From assembly GCA_044892525.1 (NCBI GenBank), contig CM097885.1, forward strand, positions 52,144,001 to 52,208,000: DNA of 64,000 bases. Reading direction: 5' to 3'. A program made the position numbers and the translations under genes. Each line of letters begins with the position of its first letter. Position 1 is the stretch's first letter. The stretch comes from Schmidtea polychroa. Taxonomy: Eukaryota. Below, piece by piece: positions 28,391 through 42,079 of the stretch. The notes under the pieces are model-generated. The model ran no database searches and was not told where the DNA came from. It saw only the letters and a program-made list of their open reading frames with translations.

Positions 28391-30545
28391 TTTAAAATCT
28401 TCTTTATGAATTTATTTATTTCCATTTTGAAGATCAAATAAATTTTTATTATACTCAACACAAATTTTTGGCTCTGCTTAGTCAAGTGTTATTATAATAA
28501 AATTTTTTTGTATAAATCTTTTGTCATAATAAAAATAAATGAAATTTCAAAAACAGGTCAAAAGTTAACCAAAAAGATTTTTACTGTTAAGATTATTTTT
28601 AAATTTAGAAAATAACAAATTAGTGATGAAATTATTGAAAACAATAATTTCCATTTAGGTTTGATGAAGAATATTTACAAAGACAGTATTTTGTTCTTTA
28701 AGAATTTTTACTTTTATTTTTTTTTGAAATATAAAAAAAATGTAGAGGATTTTCTAATAAAATGAATTAATTAGATATTGACTAATTTGGTTTTTTATTA
28801 CCAAGTAAATAAATTTCCATATTCGTTTATTGTACGGATTTTATATTTCAAACTTTTAATTTGCATAAATTAATTATTTGATTTTTATAAAAATTAGAAT
28901 TCTTTACCATATTTCAATATTAATAATCCTTAAAATAATTATTATTATAATAACGATTAGGTAATTATTTCCTAATTCTTAAACGTTAACAATAAAATTA
29001 TTTAAAAAAAATCCAAAATCCAGATAATATATTATAGATAAAAATGTTTGAAGGATCCAACTTTTAAGTTCAAAAAATAAATATTATCTACCCTTTTAAC
29101 CTTGAAAAATAATCATTTTCAGTTTTGGTTTATTACTCCGTTGGTTATTTTTATTCATAATTTTAACATTATTCAGACAGAAAATATTAAACTAGAAATG
29201 TTTTGAATGCGCAAAAGTTATATTTTATTATCGTTTTTGATTGGAGTATCTCACTATTGGGTGCCACCGCGCCTTGACGTAGGAAGACGAATTATATAAT
29301 TTATCGTTGCGCATGCAGGTATTTTAATATTTTCATTCGCTATTATGTAATTTGCGTATTTGTGTGTATTTGAAACATTTAACAAAATTCTGTAAATTTG
29401 TAAACTGGAAAAATACATTTTTTACTGCGTTTGGAATGTAGTATTAGATATTTTAAATATGTCATTTTTAATAAATAAAACCCAAAACCAAATTTCCACT
29501 AATATATAATCCAATCGAAAATAAATAAAAATAAAAGACAAGTAACAATATTGCAACTGAATTCAAATAATTAAAAAAAGGTTTGATTTTGATTTTATAA
29601 AAACTTAAATTACTTAAAATAAACAATTCAAAAATAGAGGCTTGTTTATTCTTGTTTATTATTTTTATTATTTTATTTATTATTTTTTTACTATAACAAG
29701 TAAGAATCAAATAACAATGCGACATATCCATTTTCCTGCAATTTATTGTTATTTTCCACGGTCAAATCTAACTCTTAATTTTTCTTAATGTTATTTATTC
29801 TAATATTTCTTCCAAGTTATTTGAGAATTTTGAAAGTATCACATATATAAAAGATAATATAATAATATATATTGAACACAAAAATAATATTATTCTAAAA
29901 TAATGCAACAATCGTAACTTTACATCGTTTGAAGAAATATATTTTATTTTGTCTTAATAATTATATTAGTCTTAAATTTTATTTTATTTTATTTATTTTA
30001 ATAAACCGAAATTTATTCAATATTAGAATTCATTTACACTGATATTTTATTTATTAATATGCAAGTGCTTTTCGAAAAAAAAGTTGTTTTATGATCATCG
30101 AAGGAGCAATAAAACTTGTTTAGTATTAATATCGTTGGTGCCAAATTAATCATGGTAATTAACTTCTTTATCATTTTAAATATTACAAATATTTTGTAAC
30201 CAATTATTTTTTTAATATTGTAATTGATAAATTTAAATAATTACAAAAAAAATTACTTTTTTATGTGAAATAATTCAAAAATGCACATATGATTAAAATG
30301 ACAAAACCAATTTTATCATTTATTAAAAAACTTGACTATGAATCAGTAAAGATGTTTATTTTGATATTCACGAATTTTCGGCACTGTCATTTAAAAGTCA
30401 CTTTTAACCAAAACCGTTACAATTTAGACAGGTTACAATTAGCTTAAGTTCGGACTTTAGAATTGCTATTTAGCTCTGAATTATTGGAATAAAATTTTAA
30501 TAAAATAATTCATTCATTTTCATTTCGGTATTTTATCATGAATAG

Positions 30546-31422
30546 TATGGGCTTCCACATGAATTTAACCAAGGTGGAGGAGGCAAAAATATTTTTTTTA
30601 CTAAGTAGACAATTTTTCTAGGGGGGAAGAAAGTTGAAAAAATGCATATGTATAATAAATATTTGGGGCATTATACAAAATATGATTATTTTTTCGTTTA
30701 TTTACAAAATAGAACACAATTTTTTTAATTTATTTACAAAATAGAATACTTTTTTTAAAACAAGAACGTCAGTTAATATTGAAAGTTTGGCGACGCTTTA
30801 GTATAGGAGGGCAATATAAATATAAATAAAAATTAATTAATTGATTATAAAATAATTGATTAGAATAAATTTAGACAAGTAACAACTAATTTTAAAACGC
30901 CCATGAAGATAATTAATATATTCGACTTATTTGACATGCTCCATGACCCAGCGAGTAAGTATAATATACTGTATTATAAGTAGTAAGTATAATATACTGT
31001 ATATTATTGAACATTGAATTATATTCTGTGTTATTTTATAGCATCTTATAATACTATATGTTTATAATATAATATGTTAGAATGTATTATATTCTATTAA
31101 ATTACATATTAAACATATATTATTTTATATTTTATAATCAATTAATTAATTTTTATTTATATTTATATTGCCCCCCTATACTAGAGCGTCGCCGAAAGTT
31201 TTTATACAAATAAGATGATTTGAAATCATTGATTTCCAGATATAATTAATAACATTAAAAAAACAGGAAGCCTCTTTAAATTAGATTTTTTTATTAATTT
31301 TTTTTGTCTTGGGTTTTTCCAACATTGTTTGAGCGCATCTATTAAAATGTTTTTAAATTAATCGAAAAATAGAATTTGTTTTCGGAAATTCAGGGGGGGG
31401 CAAGTGTATGAAGGGGCCCATG
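30546..31422. mobile_element. hAT-like MITE hosting a nested MITE
   Basis: Termini tatgggc / gcccatg; 8-bp TSD atgaatag / atgaagag (7 of 8). Confidence 0.6.
30789..31193. mobile_element. MITE with ~65-bp TIRs, Merlin-like
   Basis: ggcgacgctttagtatagg...attaattgattataaaata and its inverse ending cgtcgcc; perfect 8-bp TSD gaaagttt; GG..CC termini with an 8-bp TSD fit Merlin, but MuDR is not excluded. Confidence 0.8.
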
Positions 31423-32099
31423 ATGAAGAGTGACCATAATTATTAACAGTGATGAAAACGATATTAATTAGGCGATTTCGATTTGAAACTACCAATGTAA
31501 TTAGGGAATTCAGATTCACGTCAAAAGATGTCTTAAAGAAGTTTGAGGATGAATTTTTCCAACATATGCCATGACACCTCTTCTTTGCACTTTGGGTTTA
31601 TTCAATAGATATTGTTGTGGTAATAATTACAAGACAAAAAGTATAGAATGATATTTTTTTAATATTATTAAAAATATATTTTTCGTGTTTTGTTAAATCA
31701 AACTTTATATTCTTAACTTTTTTCTTTGACCTTGTTTAAATTAGTTTGATTAAGCGTATAATTAAATATATTTTATATTTAAATAATATTCAAATAATAT
31801 TATAAATATGTGTTGTTAATTGTTATTATTTATTAAATAAATGAGTTTTGTCATTATTTATTTCTGTTTTGATTGGTTGCTCTTCTCTCAAAAAATTTAA
31901 CCAACTGAGCGCCAAATAATTGGTCCATAGAATCTAACTGGCCGCGCACTTGGATTTTTATTGATGATTGTAAAGGTACTGTTAGGTAGAATCACATCAA
32001 ATTTGGTCTTGGTCATGGCAAGAGATCGTGTCATAAGTATAAAATGCGTAATATCTTAGGGGTGATTAAATAACATTTTTCAGATTTATTTCTCAATTA

Positions 32100-32600
32100 T
32101 TTACAACCATTTAAATTAAACCACTATAACCATTTTTAATAAGTGAATTTTGTGATGATGAGATATGGTTTTTGATCGGAAAAAATATGGAATAAGGAAA
32201 GAAATTATAAAGCATCTGGAAGGGCAAAACCAGTGGTTATTTATGAATGAATGTAAATATGGTCGTATGAGCATTACCAATGCTGAAACGCAGTGGTTGT
32301 TCAAAAGAAGCAAGTACTATAGAACTCATAAGGAAATACCCAAAAAGATTCTAAAAGATAGCAAATTTAAGATAAATACAATTACAAATATATTCTTTAA
32401 CACTTGCATATGAAAAAGATGGCGTTACGTTACGAACTGCTTCCTCATCGGACATATTCTCCAAATATTTGTCATATTTCCAAAGAAATGGCTTACAGAT
32501 TGGAAATTTCAGTGAAATGAAAAAGTTGAATGTTGAATAGTTTCATATTCTTGAAGCTTCAAGGAATCATATTTTTTATCGTATTAAAAAATTTGATTGA
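32100..32600 (+). pseudogene. Degenerate mariner transposase fragment
   Basis: YELLPHRTYSPNI at 32431-32469 resembles the mariner ELLPHPPYSPDL motif; the surrounding frame is broken; boundaries are approximate. Confidence 0.55.
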
Positions 32601-32823
32601 ATAGGAAAATAGAAATTTTTAAATGAAACTGTTTTTTCTTATTTTGCCCAAGCTTATATTTGTTTTAATAGATATCAAATACTTAAAACAATTTTCAAAA
32701 ATATCATACTCAAAATAATTCCACAATGCATTCAGTGCATCATGGTTTATTGGTTAAAAAAGCAGTTAGGTTCCTATTAATTTGCTACACAATTTGATTC
32801 TTGGAGTTTTGTAGCATTTAAAC

Positions 32824-33317
32824 CAGGGGTGGCCAACCTTTTTGCTAAAAGGACCATTACAATATTTTTGAATAATGCGGTGGGCCGCAGGTTTGAAAGG
32901 CCTAAATTTTTAACTAATGTTTCTGTGCTAATTCCAACTAAGGAACAGGAGAAGCGCAGTAATAGCCCGTAGTGGGGTCTGAGACAACCGCTAAAAAAAC
33001 AATAAAGCATTTGCGTGCATGTTAAATAAATTATGCTTCTTAGGTACAGGATAAACTGGCACTATTTCTACTTGATAGCCCTGATTATAAAGCATAATGA
33101 ATCGGGCAAATTTTCAAAATGTAGCATACAAAACTAATTGGTTAAAATAGATAAAAATATGAAATAAACAATAAATTTTGTTCAATATTTACTGGCGGCC
33201 CATTATTACATTTTTTGTATTATATCGTATTTTAAAAAGTTTTTATTATATTTTCAAAATATTAAAGCATGCGGGCCGCCAATTGATGACCCGCGGGCCA
33301 CCGGTTGGCCACTCCTG
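32824..33317. mobile_element. hAT (Charlie-like) MITE, 494 bp
   Basis: TIRs caggggtggccaacc / ggttggccactcctg; TSD atttaaac / acttaaac; second copy at 37179. Confidence 0.9.
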
Positions 33318-33913
33318 ACTTAAACGATTAAAAATTAAAAATATTGAAATCGAAAAGTTTGATAAACTTCCAAAAATGTAATTTACCAGAGAACACCTTT
33401 ACTGTTGAATATACTTTAAAAGATTTTAAAATTTTCCAGAGACGTAGCAAGCATAACTGGCACTAGAGGCACCATAGCTTTTTAGCCCTCCTCCGAAAAA
33501 AACAGATTTATATAATATATAGAATATAATAGTAATAGTAATATAATACAAATAGTAATAGAATGCAGTACCTACCTTGAAATGCTATATAATATAATAT
33601 GATTAGTCACTACCTAACTACGCATCTACAAAACACTATACTGTTTTTCGGGATAAATAGGGATATAGGCTCAGGTTAGGCTTTAAATTTAATTGATTCT
33701 TTGATTAAATTTTTTTATTCTGAAATATCCAGAATTCACTCATAATCATTTCGATATTATTTTAAGATGATTACTGAATTTTATATAAGCAACATTTTTG
33801 AACTGAAGAACATCCAGAATTGTAATCAATGTTCCTGTAGCATAATATGCACTTTTCGTGTTCAGAAAGAAGAAAGAAAGTTTTGTAAATGGAAATATTT
33901 GATTGGTTTACAG

Positions 33914-34079
33914 CAGGGGTCTCAAACTCAAACTGGCCTGTGGGCCGCATTAGACTAGTATCATGAGCCGGCGGGCCGCAACATAAATAATTGTTTTTCA
34001 GAACATGTGGAGTCTGAAACACCGACGTTAATATTTATTTAATTAAAAACTCAACAAAACTAAAAAACATTTTTTTATT

Positions 34080-34110
<31 letters not shown>

Positions 34111-34824
34111 TAAAATGATGATTGCTTGGTAGCAGCATTTATTATTTAAAACAATAAAATGATAATTTAAGCCTTTTGCTGCAAATAATGTATTTAATGA
34201 AAGAATTTTCGACTATACGATAGTCCTTGTCAATCTTGTCAAGGACTATCGTATAGTCGAAAATTCTTTCATTAAATACATTATTTGCAGCAAAAGGCTT
34301 AAATTATCATTTTATTGTTTTAAATAATAATAATAATAATAAAATTTGAAGAAAATGTGATAACATTTGAATGCATTAACTTGGTCACACATGTTTGTAA
34401 TGATTTGATCCCTTCCTTGCAGTTTCAAATTTAAATCGGATAAGTGTTTCGTTATATCAACCATAAAAGATAAATCTTGCCACCACACTGTATCAGAAAA
34501 CAAGTCGATGTCTTGTTTTTTTGATGTTAAAAACTGACATATTTCGTCTTTCAAATCCCAAAATTGTTTGAGAACCTTGGAGCAGGATAACCAACGTACC
34601 TCGGTATAGTACGACAAACCAGAATTTATTTTAGCACCCTAACTAGATTTTTGGGGTTCGTTTCCTTAATTTTTTGTTTAATGAGCGATAAAAACTAAAT
34701 GTGACAGTTATAAGAAGTGATTACATAGAAAATTTTATTTTTAAGTTTTGTTTTGTTTTTTTGTACTGATATATCAAGTGGGCCGCAAATTTATACGTTG
34801 TGGGCCGCAAGTTTGACATATCTG
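33914..34824 (-). mobile_element. Deleted hAT element (Charlie/SPIN/GTF2IRD2-like) with a transposase fragment
   Basis: TIRs caggggtctcaaac / gtttgacatatctg; perfect TSD gtttacag; ORF 34312-34617 YYTEVRWLS...FMVDITKHLSDLNLKLQG. Confidence 0.9.
34111..34325. mobile_element. Foldback copy of the AAT-associated hammerhead-like repeat, nested in the hAT element
   Basis: ~90-bp near-perfect inverted repeat centred near 34235, flanked by (AAT)n on both sides. Confidence 0.8.
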
Positions 34825-37178
34825 GTTTACAGTAAACATTAATTATAACAAATTTTATCAGATAAATCAAAAAAGGAAATAATTAATTATATTACAATAA
34901 TTATTAATTTAAAATATATTTCCCAGAAATATACCAAAATGCACGGGACTCCTTTTAATATACTATAACTTTCAATAAATATTGCAATAAACAGCTTAAG
35001 ATTGAAAATGATTGGATTATAATTTATTTTTATTTTAATCAAATAGAGTATATCATTTATTTTCTTAAATAAATTAAAAATGAATAATAAATGAAAAATA
35101 AAAATTGTAAATTTCAATATTAATTAAAGTTAATTGATTTATTAATAATGATTATATATTTTTTTCATTAAATTTCATTATTCTTTCAGCGTTAATATAT
35201 TAGTATCATTATCTATTTCTATTATTTTTTATTTATTTATTTAACATTAATTTATAATAATAGAGTAGGTGTGCTGCCATTGGTGTTGTGTGTGGGTGAA
35301 GGGGCACAGATATATGAGCTTAAGCAGTAAAGAATTGCATATATAATATATGATTAGCAAATACTCTCGTCGCATTAATTTTGTTCTATAAGATATTGAA
35401 TGATTGAATAATATTGTGTAAGGTGAAATATTATTTATGCATGAGCTCTATCAATAATGATAGTTATGGTCATTCTTTAATCATTATTTGTAAAATTTTA
35501 GATAATTCTTTCGTAAAGAAGTAAGTTTTAAAACATTTCAACCCCTAACTCCAAACCTAGAAATCCTGTATCGTCGCTGCTTTATTGTGTTAAATATGCT
35601 GCTTTAAAAGGCTCCAATGAAACATATTAAATAAATACAAATACTGAATATATCATGGAAAAAAAATTAATAAAAGTTCAGAATAATGTATATTTATCCA
35701 GTATAAATGTGCTAATTTAAAAATAATATTTCTTTCAAACTTCAATTAACTGCATGAATTTTGATGATATTAGCAATCTCTTGTGCAAACAATATAAAAT
35801 CGTCTTTGAGAAATCCTAATTTTCATAATTTTTTTTCTGTTTGTTTTATTTTTCAGATTTTCTATGCAACTCATTTGCTATGAGTGAGACTTAAAGCAAC
35901 TGTTCAGAATGCTTATTTTCATAGTATAAATTATAGAAAATGTTTTAATTTTATTTTGATAATTTAAATATCATTATTAGTAATTTAATTAAATTTTAAT
36001 TATTTAATTCATTTGAAATAATTTTTTTTGCATTTGTGAAATATTTTAAAATACGCTATTTTTGGCAAAGAATTTGAGCTGGGCAGGTTATCAACATAAA
36101 ATACGTATACAATGTATTTTTTAAATTTATATGATTGTTGAATTGATAACATCGTAAATATCACAATATCATTTAGAATGGATTGTCTCACAAATTTTCA
36201 GACGTTTACAGTGGAAAATCCCTTTGAAAGGTCATCGAACATATTTTAACACTTTATAGGAATGCAGTTTCAAGTGGAATATCTACACCTAACTATTAAC
36301 CATCGTGTTTTGAGTTTCCATATAATAACTTCATATTTCAACATTCTTCAATATCTTGGTTATTACGTGAAAATAAAGACATGCGAATGACAATATTTGC
36401 ATTATGTTCATTTAGATATTTAATTAATGAATGGAGAACCGATTTAAGGTTTCTTTTGGTTCAATTATCAATTTAGTCGTTTATTACACTGATGTAACTA
36501 AGTTTTTGCAATAGTAAAATTTTTATGTTTCCAAACATTTTTATTTTTATTGTCTTTTAGTGAGGTACAATTGTTATTTTGATCGAAAAGGTTTTGTGTA
36601 GAAGTTCAGAATTCCAATTATCTAGTACTTTATTACAATGTACAAACAAGGACATAAAAATGATTCCAACAACTTCTGTTAGACATATGCGCAATTTATT
36701 AGTGAACCAAAGTGAAATTTCATTGCGACGTTGCATAAAAGCTATTGAAGTGTTTCAAAACTAGTTATTCAGATTCAAAATACCAATTTACGTTGTATTT
36801 TGTTTGTTAGATATGCCACAGGAACTTCAATACTTCAATAACTCATTATATGAGCTCAAAAATATAATTCAAATTAAAGTAATCTAATATTAGATTTGAC
36901 ACAATACTTTTCTTGTGATTGTGTGTATCTAATAATCCTGATTAAGTAACATATTTTTAAAGAAAACAAACAGAAAGAAAAGTCCTTATTAAATAAATTT
37001 CACCGGGTTTTTTAAATAAAATTTGACAGACTAGGAACCTCACAAATATGAAATAGTTGCTAATATTGTTTGAATAGTTTGTAAGATTTTCGTGTCGTCC
37101 CAATTGGTATGTAGATTAGGAGAAGCGTTTCATGACTGACATTACATAATCTAAATTCACATTTTTATTGCTTTACAG

Positions 37179-37570
37179 CAGGGGTGGCCAACCTTTTTGG
37201 TAAAAGGGTCATTACAATATTTTTGAATAATGCGGCGGGCCGCAGGTTTGAAAGGCGTAAATTTTTAACTAATGCTTCTGTGCTAATTCCAACTAAGGAA
37301 CAGGAGAAGCGCAGTAATAGCCCGTAGTGGGGTCTGAGACAACCGCTAAAAAAACAATAAAGCATTTGCGTGCATGTTAAATAAATTATGCTTCTTAGGT
37401 ACAGGATAAACTGGCACTATTTATATTTGATAGCCCTGATTATAAAGCATAATGAATCGGGCAAATTTTCAAAATGTAGCATACATTTTTTGTATTATAT
37501 CGTATTTTAAAAAGTTTTTATTATATTTTCAAAATATTAAAGCACGCGGGCCGCCGGTTGGCCACTCCTG
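37179..37570. mobile_element. hAT MITE, internally deleted sibling of 32824-33317
   Basis: Same TIRs; perfect 8-bp TSD ctttacag. Confidence 0.92.
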
Positions 37571-38949
37571 CTTTACAGCGTATCATTTAAGTCAACGCAT
37601 CAATATTGTTTGATAATTTTAAGTGAGTATTAAGGCTTTATTTGGTATCACGGCCGGCCTTTTACAGGAATGACTGTTATTTGCTAAATTGAGAAATCAT
37701 CACGGAAAGCAATTTACTTTGAGTTTTACAGGTGTAAAATTCTTAAATTGTAATTAACAGGTTTAGCTATTCGTCTTGATGATGAGCCGATTTATAATTA
37801 CCTGAGGGTGACAGCGAAACGATTTTTTTATGAAAGATCATCCACCAAACATTTTAAATGGTCTTTGGAATCATTCTAAGGTTTCTATAAGGAATGAAAT
37901 TTCAATATATTTATGTCTAATAAATGTCATGGCATGCTTAAAATAAACTTAAAGAAAAAGCTTGTAGCAGTGGTGGTTGACAAGTTGATGAGCGAAGTAC
38001 AGACGTTATTGGTTTTATTTTCAATTCTGAAAACTTTGCTCTTGGTAGTAATATCAAAAACTTGATACGATACCCTGAATTTTCTTACGCAAGTAATGGT
38101 TGATGCTTGTTTACTAATTTTTCGAAAACAAGTTCTAAATATTCAAAAAAATCTCCTTTAGCAATACCAAATGCATATGCAAAATTTAAAGAGGATCGAT
38201 CCTCTATTCAAAAAGAATTAGAACTTATTAACTATTATTTTCATGGCTGGCTCATTATGTGTGACTCGAGAGTGTTGGATATTATTTAACTCATACATGT
38301 CCTGCTTGTGTTGATCCTTTACATTATTAACTTACTTTAGTTAAAAAAACAAAATTTACCATTAAAAAAATTTACACGTAACCTAAATATTTCAAACGAA
38401 AATTTAAAAATTTTAGGGTGATTCTTCCTTTACCTACACGATATATTAGACATCACCGCCATTTAATACATTTTACATCTTCTCGTATCATTCATAAGTT
38501 TTATTTGATAATAGCGGTTAGTCCTGGAATAAATAAAGAGGAAAGCCATTTTGGTACTTTTTGTAAATATTTAAAATTTTATTAAAATATGTCTCAAAAG
38601 AAAATTGTGTTTCCCACTCCTCTTCTCTCTCCTAAAACTGTAACGCATTTGGAAAATAGGATTTCTAGCAATGAACCACAATCATTAAATAAATAAAATT
38701 TTATTTAAAAAAAAATTTAATTTCTTAGACGATAACAATTCATTCCGAATCATATTTCATTTGACCACACCTTAACTCAATTTTATAATAATATATATTT
38801 ATAATAAAGGTATGATAGAGAAATATTTTTTATTCAAATTAATATATAAATAAATTTAAAAATAATAAATAGTGAAAAAATTAATCGACAAAATGAATCA
38901 AACATTATTTAAAATTTTTAAATAAACACGGTAAAGATTTTATTAATAA

Positions 38950-39765
38950 AAATCGCCATTCCTACATCTTTTTCACTATATATTTCGATAGCGTCACTAT
39001 CATGATCAGGTTACCTACATTCACGACGGATGAATAACTAAATTTTAATTAAGTTTTTGTATGTTGATGTATATTAATAATACTGTAAAATCCCGAGTAT
39101 AAGCTGCAGCGCATATTAGCTGCAGATGACATTTTTATAAAAATGTATTTTTTAGCCGTATAAACCGCAGCACGTATTAGCTGCACCATTTTCGTTGAAA
39201 ACACATGATTTTAAAATCAGCAACCTATCATTAAAAACAAATTTCACCGTGACAATAACAATTTTGTTTTAATCGTTTACATTGTTTACATTGTTTATTG
39301 CACTGTTTCGAATCCTTGATTAAAATGGATAACGATTCTGAACAAAAACAAAAGAAACAGCGAAGATCTTTTAGTTCAGCAAAGTAAAAAGAAATTATTG
39401 AATTAGCTCGTCAGTTAGGAGGTTGCAAGTTATTCGACTGTTATACGTCAGTTATTAAACTGTTATTCGACGATGGATCGCCCAAGAGTCTGTTATCAAA
39501 GCAATAAATGTTAAATAATTAAAAAATAATTAAAAAAATATTTTTAAATAATTTTAAAAGTTTAAATATAATTGATTATTGAAAATTATTTTTAAAAAAT
39601 AATTGTTTAAAATTTTTATTTATAATTTAAAATTTATAGATTTTAAAATTTGTTTATATATTATCAATATAGTATAGTTATTCATCCGTCGTGAATGTAG
39701 GTAACCTGATTATGATAGTGCTGCTATCGACATATATAGTGAAAAAGATGTACGAATGGCGATTT
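38950..39765. repeat. Inverted ~90-bp repeats (38950-39040 / 39675-39765), each with a decayed hammerhead motif
   Basis: CTGAT(C/T)A-t-GATAG-loop-CTATC-GA(A/C)A-tatata-gtgaaaa; same layout and 3' flank as the 6254 motif. Confidence 0.75.
39083..39520 (+). mobile_element. pogo/Tigger-like 5' fragment
   Basis: ta|ctgtaaaatcccgagtataag terminus; disrupted N-terminal HTH-like peptide MDNDSEQKQKKQRRSFSSAK*KEIIELARQLGG from 39325. Confidence 0.55.
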
Positions 39766-41034
39766 AAAATTTTATTGAATTTGATATAAAAATATTTATA
39801 GAAATTAATTTTTATATTAGCATATAAATTCTTGATCTGGTTTTATGTTTTTTCTAGTATTAACATTTCCAATTTCTCAAATATGTAATACGTTGTATTC
39901 AATGTCAGCTCCACACAGTAAGAAAGTATAAATGAAGACAATGGACCTCAAATGAAATTCAAAGAATATATTAAAATTCATATAATGTCAATTGAAAATA
40001 ATAAGAAAGTTAGTTTTTATTCAATATGGGGAAATATAGAATTATATATTCCAAAAAAATATCCCACGAAATTCACCTTTTTAGAAGAAAGGGATAAGTG
40101 GCATATTAAAAAATGATTTGTTTAAAAGAAGTCATTTTAATTATATATTTTTTTAAATTTAAAATTTTATTATAAACTTAAATAAATAAATCAAAAAAAT
40201 TTCTCGTTATAAAAAAACCTAAAAATTTATTTAAAAAATAAAATACATCATTAAAAAACTTACTTGAAAAATATCAGTATAAATATTTTAAACAAATTGT
40301 ACATAACTCAATGATAATTAAAAAATTTGCTTTTTAATTCTTTACTAATTGTTATTAATTAAACAAATAACGCAAACGCGCGAAATTCTCAAATTGCGCG
40401 TGTCATGGAGAGAAAACAAAAACAAACAACGAAATCTCGGCCAATAATCATCTTTTAACTTTTTTAAAAAAAAAGAACTCTTCATTATGATTAATAGATC
40501 ATGATTTATTTCTATATCTATTTGAAAGATTTCTGAAGTTTCTTAAATAATAATCGTGACTTCGTTCAAAAATAAAATTTGTTTAAATCCATATGCAAAA
40601 TCTATTTAGTTTGATTGACTGAATAGAAATTTTCACTAATTCTCAAATTTAAAGAAATATTTATCCATATCAAAAATCTCATCTAATTTTTTTCAATTAA
40701 TCAATAAAAATTTATTGAACAAATAATGTAATGATTAATTTAATTAAATATTTCTTTGAAAATGAAGACGATTTAAATTGTATTCACATTTAAATATTTG
40801 TGATGGATGTTACTTTAGATTTTTATATATTTTTAATGAACACTTTTTTGTAAACATATTTTTTTAAATATTATTTGATAAAAATGTGATTTTATATAAT
40901 GTTAATTTTAAAAACTATGTGATTATGTTCTGGGCCGGATTAAGCTTTTGTAGGCCCGTTTCACAAATAAATTGCTGCCTTACACAAAAGATACCATATC
41001 TTAAAAATATGAAATAATATGAATGTATTTTTAA

Positions 41035-41391
41035 TCATAACTGTAACATACCGATACGCGCTGTATAATGCCAAAAATCTCTCCCGCGCGACTTAATAGT
41101 TGAAAAAGAGTCGATAATATCATGAAAGTGAATTTTTTTTTGAACGATTTCAGATTCAATGTCCATCAGTGTTAAGCTGCTTAGTCTTTCCTGGTCCATA
41201 GTTGATCTAACAGCATTTATAATACGTTTGAGATGACTGAAGGATCGTTCACCGGTGCAGTTTGAAACTGCCAAAGTAAGATAAATGCGCAGAGCAACAT
41301 ACACATTTGGAAACCCGGTCTTCAGATTCAATTCATTCATCAATTTCAACATTTGCATCGGTGTCGGATTTCTATTAGAAATGTTCGTCAC
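41035..41391 (-). pseudogene. hAT transposase C-terminal dimerisation-domain fragment
   Basis: FPNVYVALRIYLTLAVSNCTGERSFSHLKRI...RSTMDQERLSSLTLMDIE motif. Confidence 0.9.
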
Positions 41392-42079
41392 TGAATCTAC
41401 TCATCATAGAGGCCACCAGTAACATCATCAGAGTAAAATTTACCACAAACAATTTTAAAGATTCCATTGCTGCAATGTTGCGTTCTTCATCGGCGTACAA
41501 GAAATAACAACGATCATCAATTGCTTTATGTGCTGCAATGCTGCAATTTTATTTTTAAATTTCGTAAAACTTTAATACTTTTTAACTTTAGTTTTAATTT
41601 TACATTAATCTTACAACCCGAACTTTAATTGACTAAATTTATACTACTGCACGATGTTATGTACCGTATGCAGTATGATATGTACCATGTCATACTGCTA
41701 TGATGTACAGATGCAGGCACCCAACAGCTAACTGAACTATTTGTTATTTGTTGCTGGATCGAGCGTGTGGTTGCTTGTCGACGTTAGAAATTTTCGATTT
41801 GGATTATTCACGCAGCTATTGCGTTATCTATATCAGAACTTGATACAGTCAGCAACTTTACTAGAGGTTAACTTTCGGTACTGAAACTGTGTGACTGTGT
41901 ATGCCCATTCTTTTATAAAAAGCTGTACAGGATACAGGACAGTAGGTAGATAGTAGCCCACTGGAACAATTACCCCCCCCCCCCCGGGGGGGGGGGGTAA
42001 AATTGTTCCAACTTTTTATTACGCAATTGTTCCAACTCACATTTTTTGCTCTCAGGGATTTTTGGTCCAAATTATTTTT

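Noticed and set aside
31890..32060. Possible Ig-domain exon of the L1-like gene (also considered ~38430-38525)
   Set aside because: No Ig cysteine/tryptophan pattern, and in-frame stops or no compatible splice sites.
32777..33010. Repeated ORF MLYCFFSGCLRPHYG (also 37165-37365)
   Set aside because: Lies across a hAT MITE and its TIR; repeated only because the MITE is.
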